From the NCBI RefSeq assembly GCF_009914755.1, contig NC_060935.1: DNA of 64,000 nt. The stretch is one strand, 5' to 3'. Below are positions 1-15,459 of this stretch, in pieces. Numbering within the stretch: the stretch's first letter is position 1; the number at the start of each line of letters is the position of its first letter. The notes beneath the pieces were generated by a model. That model saw only the letters and a program-made list of their open reading frames with translations, ran no database searches and had not been told where the DNA came from. A program made the translations under genes and the position numbers. This DNA comes from the human T2T-CHM13v2.0 reference genome, Homo sapiens.

Positions 1-838
1 AGGCATAGTTGTCTCTCCCTTTGATACTCTGGAGAGGTAGAACTGAAGTGGAGGCTAGGGCTGTGGAAGGGCAGGGAGAGGTCTTCGTTGCAAGAGAGGC
101 CAGACTTGTCCTCACGCCCTTTGCTGTTCCTGGTGCGGAGCAATGCTTCACCTCCGCCCTGGCCAATTCTAAACCCTCAGACCCTAGTTTAAGTCTGTTG
201 GCAGGGTAGCTGCAGCCCTGAGAGGTACTTTGCTCCTCCATACAAAGAGGTGAAACTCTCTAGACCCTCACAGGGCAGCTTTCTGTGCACCTCAGAGACT
301 TGACGAGACTCCTGGGACTCCTGTCCTTGCCTTTCATGTGTGGCCATACCAGGTGCTTCATCACCACTCAGTAGAGCTTAGGCTCCAAGAACCTGCACTC
401 TGAAACCTCTGTCTCTCCAAGATCTAACCTTGTACGAGTTATTGCTCAGAATCCTCCCGCTGCAGCCCGGACCCCTGGGTAGTCCCTCTTCATTCTTCAG
501 GTCCAGCTGGGGAGGTGTCCCTGTAACACCTGCGCTTAGTACTGCCCTGCTTACCCATCACTGCCATGATGGCAGAGCCTCCGCCCGCCTCACTCACCGC
601 TGGACCCCAGTGCCTGGGACAGGGCTGGGAACAAGGTAGGGGATCCAGAAACAAGTATTGTCTGCCTGGCCAAGGTCCCCCATCCCCTTCACTGTCAGCA
701 CCTGGACCCACCTTCCCTTCACTGACAAGGTGAGCATTATTACATGAAAAAAAAAAAAAAAAAAAGTCAGTCAAGTAACAAATGGAGAAAACATTTGGAT
801 GCAAGACACAAAATGCTAATTCCCCCTTGTTTTTGTAA

Positions 839-1474
<636 letters not shown>

Positions 1475-1570
1475 ATATTCTTTATCAAATTGAAAAAAAC
1501 ATTTTACAGAAAAGAGGAAACACACACATGATATATATATATACACACACATATAAATATATGTATATAA

Positions 1571-2174
<604 letters not shown>

Positions 2175-2367
2175 AACACTTTTATGTGTTTAAAAAGATG
2201 CTTAGTTAACTTCACTTATAATAAAAGAAAAATTAACTAAAATCGGTGAAATGTGCTTTTTGAGCTATGTCTCTCAGATTGGCTTAGACCAAATGGGCTA
2301 TTTATGAGAGATCTACTTACATGTTTGCAGTAATGGGGAAAGATATTTGTTGCAGCATTGTTTAAAG

Positions 2368-3100
<733 letters not shown>

Positions 3101-3465
3101 TTAGATTAACAGAAGACTAGAAACTATCTCAATGCCCCTCACTGGAAGAATGGCTAAATGCACTATGATATATCCTTAGGACCCCTGGATAGTTCCTCCT
3201 CATTCCTCAGGTCCAGCCAAAGGAGGTGTCCCCATGACACCATTGCTGAACACTGCCTTGCACCTAAGCCCTTAAAATACCTGCAGTAGAGATGTGTTTA
3301 TCAGCTGCCTCCACCTGCATTTTGAAAAGAAAACACACCCATACATCCTTGTGTAGCCTGGAACTTGGGAGGATACAGAAGGGAGACAAATGACCACCTT
3401 TGGAGAAGGAAACTGGAGACTGAAGGAGCCAAGGGTGGGAGGAAAACGCTTCAAAGTGCACCCTA

Positions 3466-3810
<345 letters not shown>

Positions 3811-4023
3811 TCAATTCCCCACTCCCTCAAATAAAGACGTTCCATGACACAAAAGGATTTTTGGTGAAATAAGTTTGGTACATGCAGGGTTAAGTGATGT
3901 TCAAGTGTCTTTGCTGCATAGGTTTGGGGTGGGGTGGCCTTTAACATGCTGCTGGGTCTGGTGAACCCATCTGAGGCCTGGTGCTCTCTACGCTTGCTGC
4001 TGGGACCATTTTTCCAGTCCATC

Positions 4024-5962
4024 TGATGTGGTTTGGCTCTGTGTCCCCACCCAAATCTCATGCTGAATTGTAATCCCCAGTGCTGGAGGAGGGGCCTAGT
4101 GGGAGGTGATTGAATCACGGGGGTGGTGGTTGTGAACAAAATGCTGATAGTGATATGGACAATGAAGTCCAGGCTAAAGAGGTCTCAGATGGAGATGAGA
4201 AACTTATTGGGAACTGGTGTAAACGTCACTCTTGCTATGCTTTAGCAAAGAGACTGGCAGCATTATGCCCCTGTGCTCTAGGGATTTCTTGAACTTTGAA
4301 CTTGAGAGAGATGATCTGGGGTATCTGGTGGAAGAAATTTCTAAGCAGCAAAGCATTCATGATGTGGCCTCACTGCTTCTAAAAGCCTACACTCACCTGC
4401 ATAAACAAAGAAATGACTTGAAATTGGAACTTATATTTAAAAGGGAAGCAAAGCACAAAGATGTGGACAATTTGCAGCCTGGCCATGTGGTAGAAAAGGA
4501 AAACACATTTTCGGGGAAGGAATTCAAGCTGGCTTCAGAAATTTGCATAAGAGGAGCTTTACTTATTAAATACTTAATTACATTAAAGCATGTTAATAGC
4601 CAAGGCAATGGGGAAAATGCGTCCATAGCATTGCAGAGATCTTTGCGGCAGCCCTTCCCATCACAGGCCTGGAGGCCTAGGAGGGAAGAATGGTTTCACT
4701 GGCTGGGCCCAGGGCCCTGCTGTCTTGCGCAACCTTGGGACACTGCTCCCTGCGTCCCAGCCATGCCTAACAGGGGCCAAGCTGTATCTCAGGCTACTGT
4801 TCAAAAAGTGCAAGCAAGTCTTGGCAGCTTCCTGTGGGTGCACAGAGAGCAAGAGCTGAGGCTTGGGAGCCTCCACCTAGATTTCAGAGGATATATGAAA
4901 ACACCTGGATGTCCAGGCAGAAGTCTGCTGCAGGGGTGGAGCCCTCATGGAGAACCTGTACTAGGGCACTGTGGAGGAGAAATGTGGGGCTGGAGCCCCC
5001 ACACAGTCTCCACTGGGGCACTGCCTAGTGGAGCTGTGGGAAGACGGCCACCATCCTCCAGATGGCAGAATGGTAGATCCATCAACAGCTTGCACCCTGT
5101 AGCTGGAAAAGCCACAGGCACTCAACACCAGACCATGAAAGCAGCCAAGGGGTCTATATCCTGCAGAGCCACAGGGGTGGAGCTGCCCAGGACTTTGGGA
5201 GCCCACCCCTTGCATCAATGTGGCCTGAATATGAGATATGGAGTCTTAAGAGATTATTTTGGAACTTTGAGATTTAATGACTGCCCTGCTGGATTTTGGA
5301 CTTGCATGGGCCTGTAGCCTCTTTGTTTTGGCCAATTTCTCCCTTTTGGAATGGCAGCATTTACCCAATGCCTATACCCACACTGTATCTTAGAAGTAAC
5401 TAACTTGCCTCTGATTTTATAGGCTCATAGGTGAAAGGGATTTGCCTTGTCTCAGATGAGAATTTGGATTGTGGACTTTTGAGTTAAAACTTAGGGAACT
5501 ATTGAGAAGTAATTATTGTGTTTTTAAGTGTGAGGACATGAGATTTGGGAGGGGCCAGGGGTGGAATGATACAGTTTGGCTCTGTGTCTCCACCCAGATC
5601 TCAGGTTGAATTATAATCCAGTGTTGGAGGGGAAGGCTTGTGGGAGTTGACTGAATCATGGGGGTGGTTTCTAATGATTTAGGCACATCCTCCAGTGCTG
5701 TCTTGTGACAGAGTTGTCATGAGATCTGGTTTTTTGAAAGTGCATAGCACCTCCCCCTTTCCTCTCTCTCTTCCTCCTGCTACAGCCATGTAAGATGTGC
5801 CTACTTCCTCTTTGCCTTCCACTATGGTTGTAAGTTTCCTAAGGCCTCCCAGCCATGCTTCCTGTACAGCATGTGGAACCATGAGCTGATTAAACCACTT
5901 TTCTTTATAAATTACCCAGTCTCAGGTAGTTCTTTACAGCAATGCAAGAATAGACTAATACA
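4024..5962 (+). mobile_element. MSTA-type ERVL-MaLR provirus: truncated 5' LTR (4024-~4127), internal region, PPT, full 3' LTR (5567-5962)
   Basis: Both LTRs start TGAT..GTTTGGCTCTGTGTC and the 3' LTR ends AGACTAATACA. Purine-rich tract at 5541-5566. Flanks CCATC/GCATC (4/5 TSD). Internal translation resembles the MaLR ORF (NFELERDDLGYL.EEISKQQSI). Confidence 0.9.
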
Positions 5963-6045
5963 GCATCCCTGAGGACTAGTATTCTGTGTATTAGATGTTG
6001 GGGATCACCACCTCCAGAAGCAAGTACAAATGCCCTCACCTTCCT

Positions 6046-6047
<2 letters not shown>

Positions 6048-6085
<38 letters not shown>
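6048..6085. repeat. (AC)19 microsatellite
   Basis: Perfect dinucleotide run. Confidence 0.95.
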
Positions 6086-6087
<2 letters not shown>

Positions 6088-7019
6088 CCCAGCTTTTCCT
6101 GAAGTGCATTCCTCAGGCCACTGATCTGAGATTCTCCATGGTCAAACATTCCTGGGAAACACTGCTCTGTCAAAGTAAATGACAAAGTAAATGACAAATG
6201 ATCACCAACATTTCTCCGAGACTTTAATACTTCTCTGCCTTAGCTCCCACCATTCTTTCCATCGGGACTGCTTTTGTTTTAACTCGTTTCTCTCTGCCAA
6301 AGTTCTATGTCATCTGTCAAGGGTTGAATCTCATGCTTTTTGCACCATGATGAAGGCTTCTTGGATCCTAACAAAGTGCTTGAGGTGCCTGACGGGTGTC
6401 CCCACTCATTGAAAGAAATAAATTACTGAGTGCAATAGGGGAATGACTGAAAGGAGGGAGGAGGAAGTGATAGGTGGATGGGGAAGTGGAGAATTAGATC
6501 ATTGGGAGTGATTGTGACCGGGTTAATGAGTGGTGGCATGCAGTAGTTTGCTATTCCTGTCCACAATTCTACTCATTGTGGGTGGTTTAGGCAGGATCTT
6601 GAGCTCTACAGGTTGGACTGAGGTTCCCACAGTAGCCTGTTGGTGGCTCTTGGGCAGCCCCCAGAAACAGGTGAAAGGTCCCTCTCCTCAGCCTTCCCCT
6701 TGGTCTCTCATTCTTTTCTGAGAATGAGAACACTGCCACCAAGTCTCTGCCACCACTGGACAGTGATCTAGGAGTGTCTTGCTGCATTGCCTGTTCTTGT
6801 CCTTTAGACCATCCCCATGGGCACTCCAGAGGAGAGGGCACCTGAATTAGTTTGACCAGAGAAACTGGTAGGGCTCTGTGGAAACTGGGCTGTACTCACT
6901 TCCCACCCAGATTCTGCAGCTCACTGGACACCCCTATACTGCCCCTCTCAGGGGCCATAGGAGGGTGGACCTCCAAAAGGACCCAAAATGGGGAGGCCTA
7001 TTGACCTGCTTATCCTCAT

Positions 7020-7331
7020 TTATTTTTTATTTATTTTTATTTTTTGAGACAGGGTCTCACTGTCACCCAGGCTGGAGAGCAGTGGCACAATCATGGCTCA
7101 CCACAACCTGGACCTCCTGGGCTCAGGTGATCCTCCCACCTCAGCCTCCCTAGTAGCTGGGACCACACAAGTGCACCACCATGCCTAGGTAATTAAAAAA
7201 AAAAAAAATTAATGGAGACAAGGTCTCACCATGTTGCCCAGGCTGGTCTCAAACTGCTGGGCTCAAGTGATCAGCCTACCTCAACCTCCCAAAGTACTGG
7301 GATTACAGGCATGAGCCACAGCACCTGGCCT
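7020..7331 (-). mobile_element. AluJ
   Basis: Dimeric antisense Alu flanked by TGACCT(G/A)CTTATCCT. Confidence 0.85.
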
Positions 7332-7977
7332 GACCTACTTATCCTTATAAGCAATTTCCTCTGGAACCGTCACATCAGCAAATTGTCTACCCTCTTTGAA
7401 CCTCATTTCCTCCTAACTCTACAATGGGTCTATCTATCTCACAGGCTAGTTTTAAGTTAAAGTAGATTAAAGTGCCTGGCCTATAGTAGGTCCCTAGCAG
7501 CAGTTACTTTCCTCCTTTTCCCCAGTCCTGATTCTGAGCTGCTAGACAGAGACTATTTTTCAGTTTTCCATCATGTGGTGTCAGGACACTGAATGTAGGA
7601 TAAGTTGGGATGATGGGAGGGGGCAGCTGTGGCCCAGTCCATGTCAAATACAGGTGTGCAAATTTTAAAAGAAGCCTCACTGCACCTCTGCCTGCCCCCC
7701 TCCTCCCACTCCAGGGAAGGCTTTCCTGAGCCTTTCCCCTTCAAGGATTGCTTTTATTGTGCCATCTTGTAACTAGCCGGTTTTCTCATCAGTCTCCCAC
7801 TCACTCCCACCCACCTCCCACAGATATGAACTTCCCTCAAATCAAGTGTCAGGGATGACTCAGGTCTGTGTCCTCAAGCCCACTCAGGGCTTGGCACAGA
7901 GCAGCCTCACCAAATAGAATAGTGAGAAGGACGGTTCTCTATAGTTGTCACTGAAGGTCCCTAAGGACAGTTTTACT

Positions 7978-8438
<461 letters not shown>

Positions 8439-8596
8439 TTAACAGTATTAAGTGCCTAGTGTTTGCCAAAATCTTTGCATGTTCTGGCTTGGGGTACTGC
8501 AGTGTGTTGGGTGAGTGATATGGATCTTGCTCTATGCATTCTGGGCAAGTTGCTCAGCGTCTCTGAGCCTCAGTGGTATCAACAATATGGCCATAA

Positions 8597-8812
<216 letters not shown>

Positions 8813-9770
8813 TAATTGTTCCCTATTAAAGATAATAAAAATCCTCACTCAGTTCTGTGTGGTTAGAACGAGGGCTCCAGTAGGCCTTGGAGTTCAGGCC
8901 AGCAATCTAGTTCCTTCATCCAAGAGCTCAGAAAACTGGGGCCAGAGAAGACAGAGGTGGAGCAGGAAGAGATCCCTGGCCAAAGGCTTATAGAGCACTC
9001 TCTTTCCATCTATGCTGTTGTTTTTCCCAGAGTTTAGAGTCTGCAGAGCAGGCGTGTATGCTGGTTTGCCAAGCGCTCCTTTGGGGAAAGTGGTATGTGA
9101 AGCTGGGGCGCAGTTTGCACATAACAGAGCAATAAAGGCGACTTCCTGGACTCACAGCTGAGGATGCACTTAAGGACTGGGCCTGCAACGTGCTGCTCTG
9201 AGCACTTCCTCTCTCTGGCTGTCCCTTCTGCTGAGTTACAGCCTGGCCCGGGAGAGTTTATTGCTTCACCCCAGAACATTCTCTTACTGGATAGAGTTTG
9301 AGGCAATAATAATGATACAAGTGTATCTGTAAGATTTTCCACTGTTTCCCTAGTGCTATCATATTCTTGATTTCATTTGATCCCCGAAACGTGTTTTTTT
9401 GTTGTTTTGTTTTTGTTTTTTTTACAGCTGGAGAAACTTTGGCTCATGGAGATAAGTATCTTATCTGAAGTCTTGGTTCTGATCACCAGGTAGTTTCACC
9501 AAGTCTAGTGCTCACTGAGTACTTGAAATAAGAGTTGACACTGAGTGCCTCCTGGATGCCAGCCTCTGCTTGAAATGCTCCACCTGCAGTAGGTCCTAGT
9601 AATCCACACAGCCACTGTATGTGGAAGACAGTTATTATTCCTTCCCCAGATGAAGATGCTGAAGGACAGAAGTGAAGCAACTGACCCAAGGATACACAGC
9701 TAGAGATGGCAGAACTAGGGTTCAAATCAAGGCAGTTAGGCTCCACAATCTATGTTCTTCATCTCAATGT

Positions 9771-9981
9771 CAGGGTTTCCTAACCTTTATGGGGATTTTG
9801 GGCCAGATGATCCTTGTTGTGGGGCTGTGGGATGCTCGGCAGCATCCCTGGCCTCTACTCACTAGAAGCCAGTACCACTTCCTTGCACCACGGTTGTGAC
9901 AATCAAAAATGCCTCCAGATATTGCCGAATGTCACTAGGGGGTGGGGGTGGGGCAAAATCACCCCCAGTTGAGAACCGTTG
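9771..9981. mobile_element. MER20 hAT-Charlie MITE
   Basis: Contains CAGCATCCCTGGCCTCTAC, TGTGACAA.CAAAAATG.CTCCAGA.ATTGCC and GGCAAAATCACCCCCAGTTGAGAACC. Confidence 0.8.
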
Positions 9982-11407
9982 GTCTGTGTTATGCTATTCT
10001 AAAAATGACAACATATAGTTATTCAATGGCAACCCATAATTTGACAAAATATGTTCCTGGAGACCTCTTCCCAAAATGAACCAATATTCAGACTCAAACA
10101 ACCTTAACTGCTCGCCTCCTATGCCCAATTTATAGACCATTTAAAAATGCACTGATGCCTAAATAAATCAAGTGACTTGCCCAGAATAACAAAGCTAGTA
10201 TGTGACAGAACAGAAACTTGAACATTGGTTCCAAAGTCCACATGACTTTTTTTGGTAGTATTCATTCTGATGTGAGATAACTGTATTTTTTCAATTCTAA
10301 GATACATTTTATCCCCACAGTTTAATGGTTTTGAAATTGAGATGCAACATAAAACTAGTGTATGTTTATAGCTGAAATATGTTTTATTCCCCTAAAAGCT
10401 ATTATGTAATTGAAAATGTGTCTCCACCAATAGCCTCTTAGAATTGAGACTCACGGGCTTGAGCTGTGAGAGTGGAGGATGCTGATGGAGTCAGATGGAA
10501 GGAAAGAGACACAGCAGTAGCCCTCCTGTTCTGATAGGACACCGGGCCTCTGCCCTGGCCATCCACACCAGTTCTGCATCCTTACCTGCTGACCTATCCA
10601 GTCTTTGTGACCTAGTTCACACCACACTCCTCCAAGAAGCCTTTCTAGGTCCCTTGGCACATATCTCACCCTGTTCTAATTTCGTCTAGAAGCCTTTTTT
10701 CTGTCAGAGCATTTTAGTAACAATATTGTATATAGCTGATTAAATGCTTTCTCCTTCATCATGAGATATGTTAGCATCCTTGCTTTACAGATGAGGAGAC
10801 AGGCCCAGAGAGGGGTGGCAATCTGCCCAACATCTCTCTCAAGGTCAGTGGAAGGGTGGGGAAAATAAGTGAGTCTCTGGGTTCTTCACACCAATATTTC
10901 ATGCTTGTCGTGGGATAGTTAACCACAATCAGCTGGTGAGCAGTCGGGTTAGCCAGACCTTTCCTTGGAGAAAGTGGCATTCCAGGATGTGATGAGGTTT
11001 GCCCATAGACTCCACAATAAAAACTGTAATACATGAGCTCAGAGAGGTGAAGTGGTTTACCCAAGGCCCCACCACTTCAAAGTGACAGCATTTAGATGGG
11101 GTGTCCCGATACCCTCCTTGTTGCTTTCTCTGGTTCCTTGCTGCTGTTTTGTCCAACCCTGACCCTTTTCTCACTCTGATGCTTCCAGGTCCCGGCCACA
11201 CTTCTCTCCACTTCCTTCAGCAGGAAAGGGACAACAGCCTCTTCTAGGCCCATGTCTCTGCTCTTATTGATGTCACACGGGCTGTGGCTCCTCCAGCATC
11301 TCCCACCAATGCTCTCTTCAAGAGCCAGATTCAAATCCCTCCACCCACCACAGTGACATGCACCAGGACCCTATGCACCAGACTCCAAATCAGAAAGCCA
11401 CAGAGCT

Positions 11408-11710
11408 GGCCAGGCGCAGTGTCTCATGCCTGTAATCCCAGCACTTAAGGAGGCTGAGGCAGGTGGATCCTTTGAGTTCAGGAGTTCAAGACCAGCCTGG
11501 GCAACATGGCAAAACCTTCTCTCTACAAAAAATACAAAAATTAGCAGGGAGTGATGGTTTACATCTTTTGTCCCAGCAACTAGAGAGGCTGGGTGAGAGG
11601 ATCGTTTGAGCCCAGAAGGCAGAAGCTGCAGTGAGCCGTGATCACATCACTGCACTCCAGTCTGGGTGACAGAGTGAGACTCTGTCTCAAAAACAAAAAA
11701 CAAACAAGGA
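11408..11710 (+). mobile_element. AluJ
   Basis: Dimeric Alu with A-rich tail. Confidence 0.85.
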
Positions 11711-12645
11711 AGAAAGAGCTGGAGGAAAAGAGACATAAAGTCCATCCCAGCAGTGCTGCATTTTGGCAAGCCACCTGGGGATGACACTGCCATCTTATAG
11801 GCTGTTACGAGGACTGAAATGACAAGACATCTGTACAAACTCTTGGTGCACCTTCGAGTGCTGTGGGATTGAGGCTGGCTGTGTGGTGCAGTGCGAAGAG
11901 CACTGCCTCTGGCTTTGGGCAGACACGGACCTCAGGCAAATGATCCTGAAATTCAGTTCTCCCATGGGAATAATATATCAGCCTCATCAAATTGTGGGTC
12001 CACAGTGCCTGGCATACAGGAGGCACACAATAAATATTATATTCCTTCCTAAGTGTAAGCGTCATTATATGAAGCACAGCAGAATCAATCCTTTAATTCT
12101 ATTATTTAAGCACATGGATAAATCTCATGCTATGGGTAGGGAATTTAACCTCAAATGAGCACTAAGACTGCTAATAATTTTAAGGCACAAGGATTTAGTC
12201 ATCTGTCTTTCAAGGAGACTGTACGCTGGAAAAGAATGCAGTCCAGAAGAAGATGCCACTATGTATGGAGGGTGATTTAAAAATGCGCATCTCTTCATCC
12301 ATACTGTTTCAGGTTGGCTCCCCTTCTGTATAAAAAGGCAGGAGCTGAGACACAAGCAGGTTCTAAAGAGGGCAATGAAAATTACATGGGTTGTGGTTTG
12401 AGCAGGGAAGGAAGAGAAGAAAAAATAAGGCATAAATTATTTCACTTGGAAAGGAAGGGGTAAGACGGGTGATAAATAGGAGGGTATTATATGGCAGCAG
12501 AGGGTGGTGAGTCGCATGCCAAGGTTGTTATTGTGGCAGGGGCCTGGGGGCCAAAGGGATCACGTCTCGAGACTTGGAACACATTGGAAGAAAGACTATA
12601 CATATCACAGACGTTATTAATTATGATTAACAGTGGCCAATGTGA

Positions 12646-12966
<321 letters not shown>

Positions 12967-15355
12967 CTCTTCTCTCACTTTCTAAACACGCCCAGAAACT
13001 ACAGGCTGTACTCTGCCATATGCATCTCACCTGCGAAGGGCACTGTTTCTATGACCAGGTCACATGAGTAGGGCCAACTCCTAAGCAGGGCTTCCTAGGT
13101 TTTCATGGATTGGCCCCTAAATCCCTTTCTATCCTCACTTTGGTTGCTTTCCTCCCCTCCAATCCTCTAGCCACTCTGAATTTCCCATTGGCCCTAGAAC
13201 CCACCATTTGTTCAACAAGTATGGAGCAACTATTACATGCCAGGTCCTGTTTTACACATTTGGAATACAACCAGTAAATAGGACAAAGTCCCAGCCTTTG
13301 TAGAACTTATATACTAGTGTGGGAAGACCCATTATTTCCAGGAAAGGTAGGCTAGTTTTGAAAGGGTAGTCTGAGAAAACTTCTCCGTGGAGAATATTTC
13401 AGCAAAGACCTGAATGGTATAAAAAATGAGCTAGAAGCTAACTGGGTCAACAGCTTTCAAGGCACATCAAGTGTAAAGGCCTTGAACAAGCTTCTCTCAA
13501 TGAGCTTGGCGAGTAGATGAAACCAAAAGACCACCATTAATAGCTGGGCAGAATGAAGGAGGTCCAGAAGTTGGCACAGACCAGCTCACATAGAGCCTTA
13601 AGAGTCATGGTCAGGAGCTTGGATTCTGGTCTAAGTGTGGGGGTCTGAGAAAAGGAGGTCCACGCGATCACTCTGCCTGTTGGGTGGAAAATAACCTTGT
13701 AGGGAACGATAAAGTGAGAGATGATGATGGTTTGGACTAGGCAGGTAACAGGAGAGGGGGTGAGAACTGAGGGCCAGACATAAGGGTACACTGGTTATAG
13801 GACACTTGAGCTGGGCCCTGAAGAATTAGCAGTCTAAGTTTGCCAACAGGGTCAACGTCTCATCTTTGCAGCCAAAACACCTAGCATAATACCTGGCATG
13901 ACGTGTGTTAAATGGAACTGGAAAAGTAGTAACAAATATTCTGGAAGAAAAATGTTTTCATGAAGTAATCTTGAATTTTCTATTTCAGAATGCTATTTAA
14001 TCTTTTTCAAGATGGCTATATATATAATAGAAAATTTGAAAAATTGTAATGTCAAAGACGGGAAGTTATAATTCCTCATAGTCCCACCGCCTGGAGACAA
14101 ACTGGTATTTTGGTGTACTTTCCCCCTAGTCTTTCCATACTCATTTGTAAAAAGGTGGGTATTTCCTCTTTGAGGAGCAGCCTAGTCTACCAGAATCAAG
14201 TTGGTTAGGGTCTGAATCCCACTCTACCACTGAGTGGTTTTGGACAAGCCATTTGCTCTCTTGTCTATCCCCAAAATGGCGATAGTAACATCTGATTATT
14301 GTGACCTAAATGACTGATACAAAGTACCTAAAACGATGCTTGGTACATAGTAAGTGCTCAATATACAGCAGCTGCTATTAATAAAAGGAAGTCCAAATTC
14401 CACAAATCCAATTATAAAGAAAGCTTTCAACATCTCTTTTAGGAAATAAAGGCTTTGCAAATCTACAATCTAATCACATGTACTCTTCTAAAGAAAAACA
14501 ATCATACCAAGAATAGGAATTTGCCAAAAAAGATGTAAGCAATACCAAATATTTTTAAAACCAAATTTTACGGTAACACAAAACAGAAATGGTGCCAAAA
14601 ACCCCAGACCCTGGCCTGTTTAATAAATCTCTCTCCTATAAAGATGACATACTTATGGGATTACCATTTACACTAATAACAATTTAAAGGGCAGACACTG
14701 CTCACCTGCCAAGAAATGATTCTTTCAGGTTTTCCATCTTGAGTTGCGTCTGTGTGGTGTGACAGAGCACAGCACTGAGTGAGGGAGGACACTTCTGCTC
14801 ACCCCCAGCCTCTGCCATCACCAAGCAGTGCGATTCTGAGCAAGCCGTCCTCTCCGGTACTCTGTCAAATGAGTTGTCTACAGTTTCCACAACTCCTTCC
14901 AGCTCTAAAACTCTACCACTATGAAGAATTTACAGTTCAATGTGTGTAATACTGGTGTGAGGAAGATGTATTACTTACATATCAGGTACCTTAACAACCT
15001 GAAATAGCATGCTGAATATCACAGTTGTTTTTTTTTGTGTGTGGTGGGGGGGACGGAGGATGAATCATACATTATATGGGTATACTTGTAATACTAAGAT
15101 AAAAGCTACATTTTCACTGAGAAGGAAGTGTGAGACTAACCTAATACTTGGGGTCATAAAGTTGCACAGTACACACCATTTTCAAAGGTCCAACTACTGT
15201 TAGCAAATGCCAGTTTCTCAGTGGCTTCAAACATGTTTCAACTGGACCTATATTGGCAATGATGGTGGTGAATTTGGCTTAGTTTTATATACCATCATCA
15301 CTCATTAACTTAATGAGGTAATATGTGGAGAAACAAATATTGCTGTTTTTATAGG

Positions 15356-15459
15356 TTTCTGCAAAGGCTGTTACCTACCTCTTTGACCTCCTATATTCAA
15401 TGCTGTCTTTCTGCAAAGGCTGTTGCCTACCTCTTTGACCTCCTATATTCAATGCTGTC
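15356..15459. repeat. 52-bp tandem duplication (2 copies, 1 mismatch)
   Basis: TTTCTGCAAAGGCTGTT(A/G)CCTACCTCTTTGACCTCCTATATTCAATGCTGTC occurs twice in tandem. Confidence 0.95.

Noticed and set aside
12492-12510. CTCF-like motif TGGCAGCAGAGGGTGGTG
   Set aside because: It mismatches at core positions and cannot be supported without ChIP data.
15301-15317. Perfect palindrome CTCATTAA-C-TTAATGAG
   Set aside because: An 8-bp AT-rich arm is expected by chance in 64 kb.
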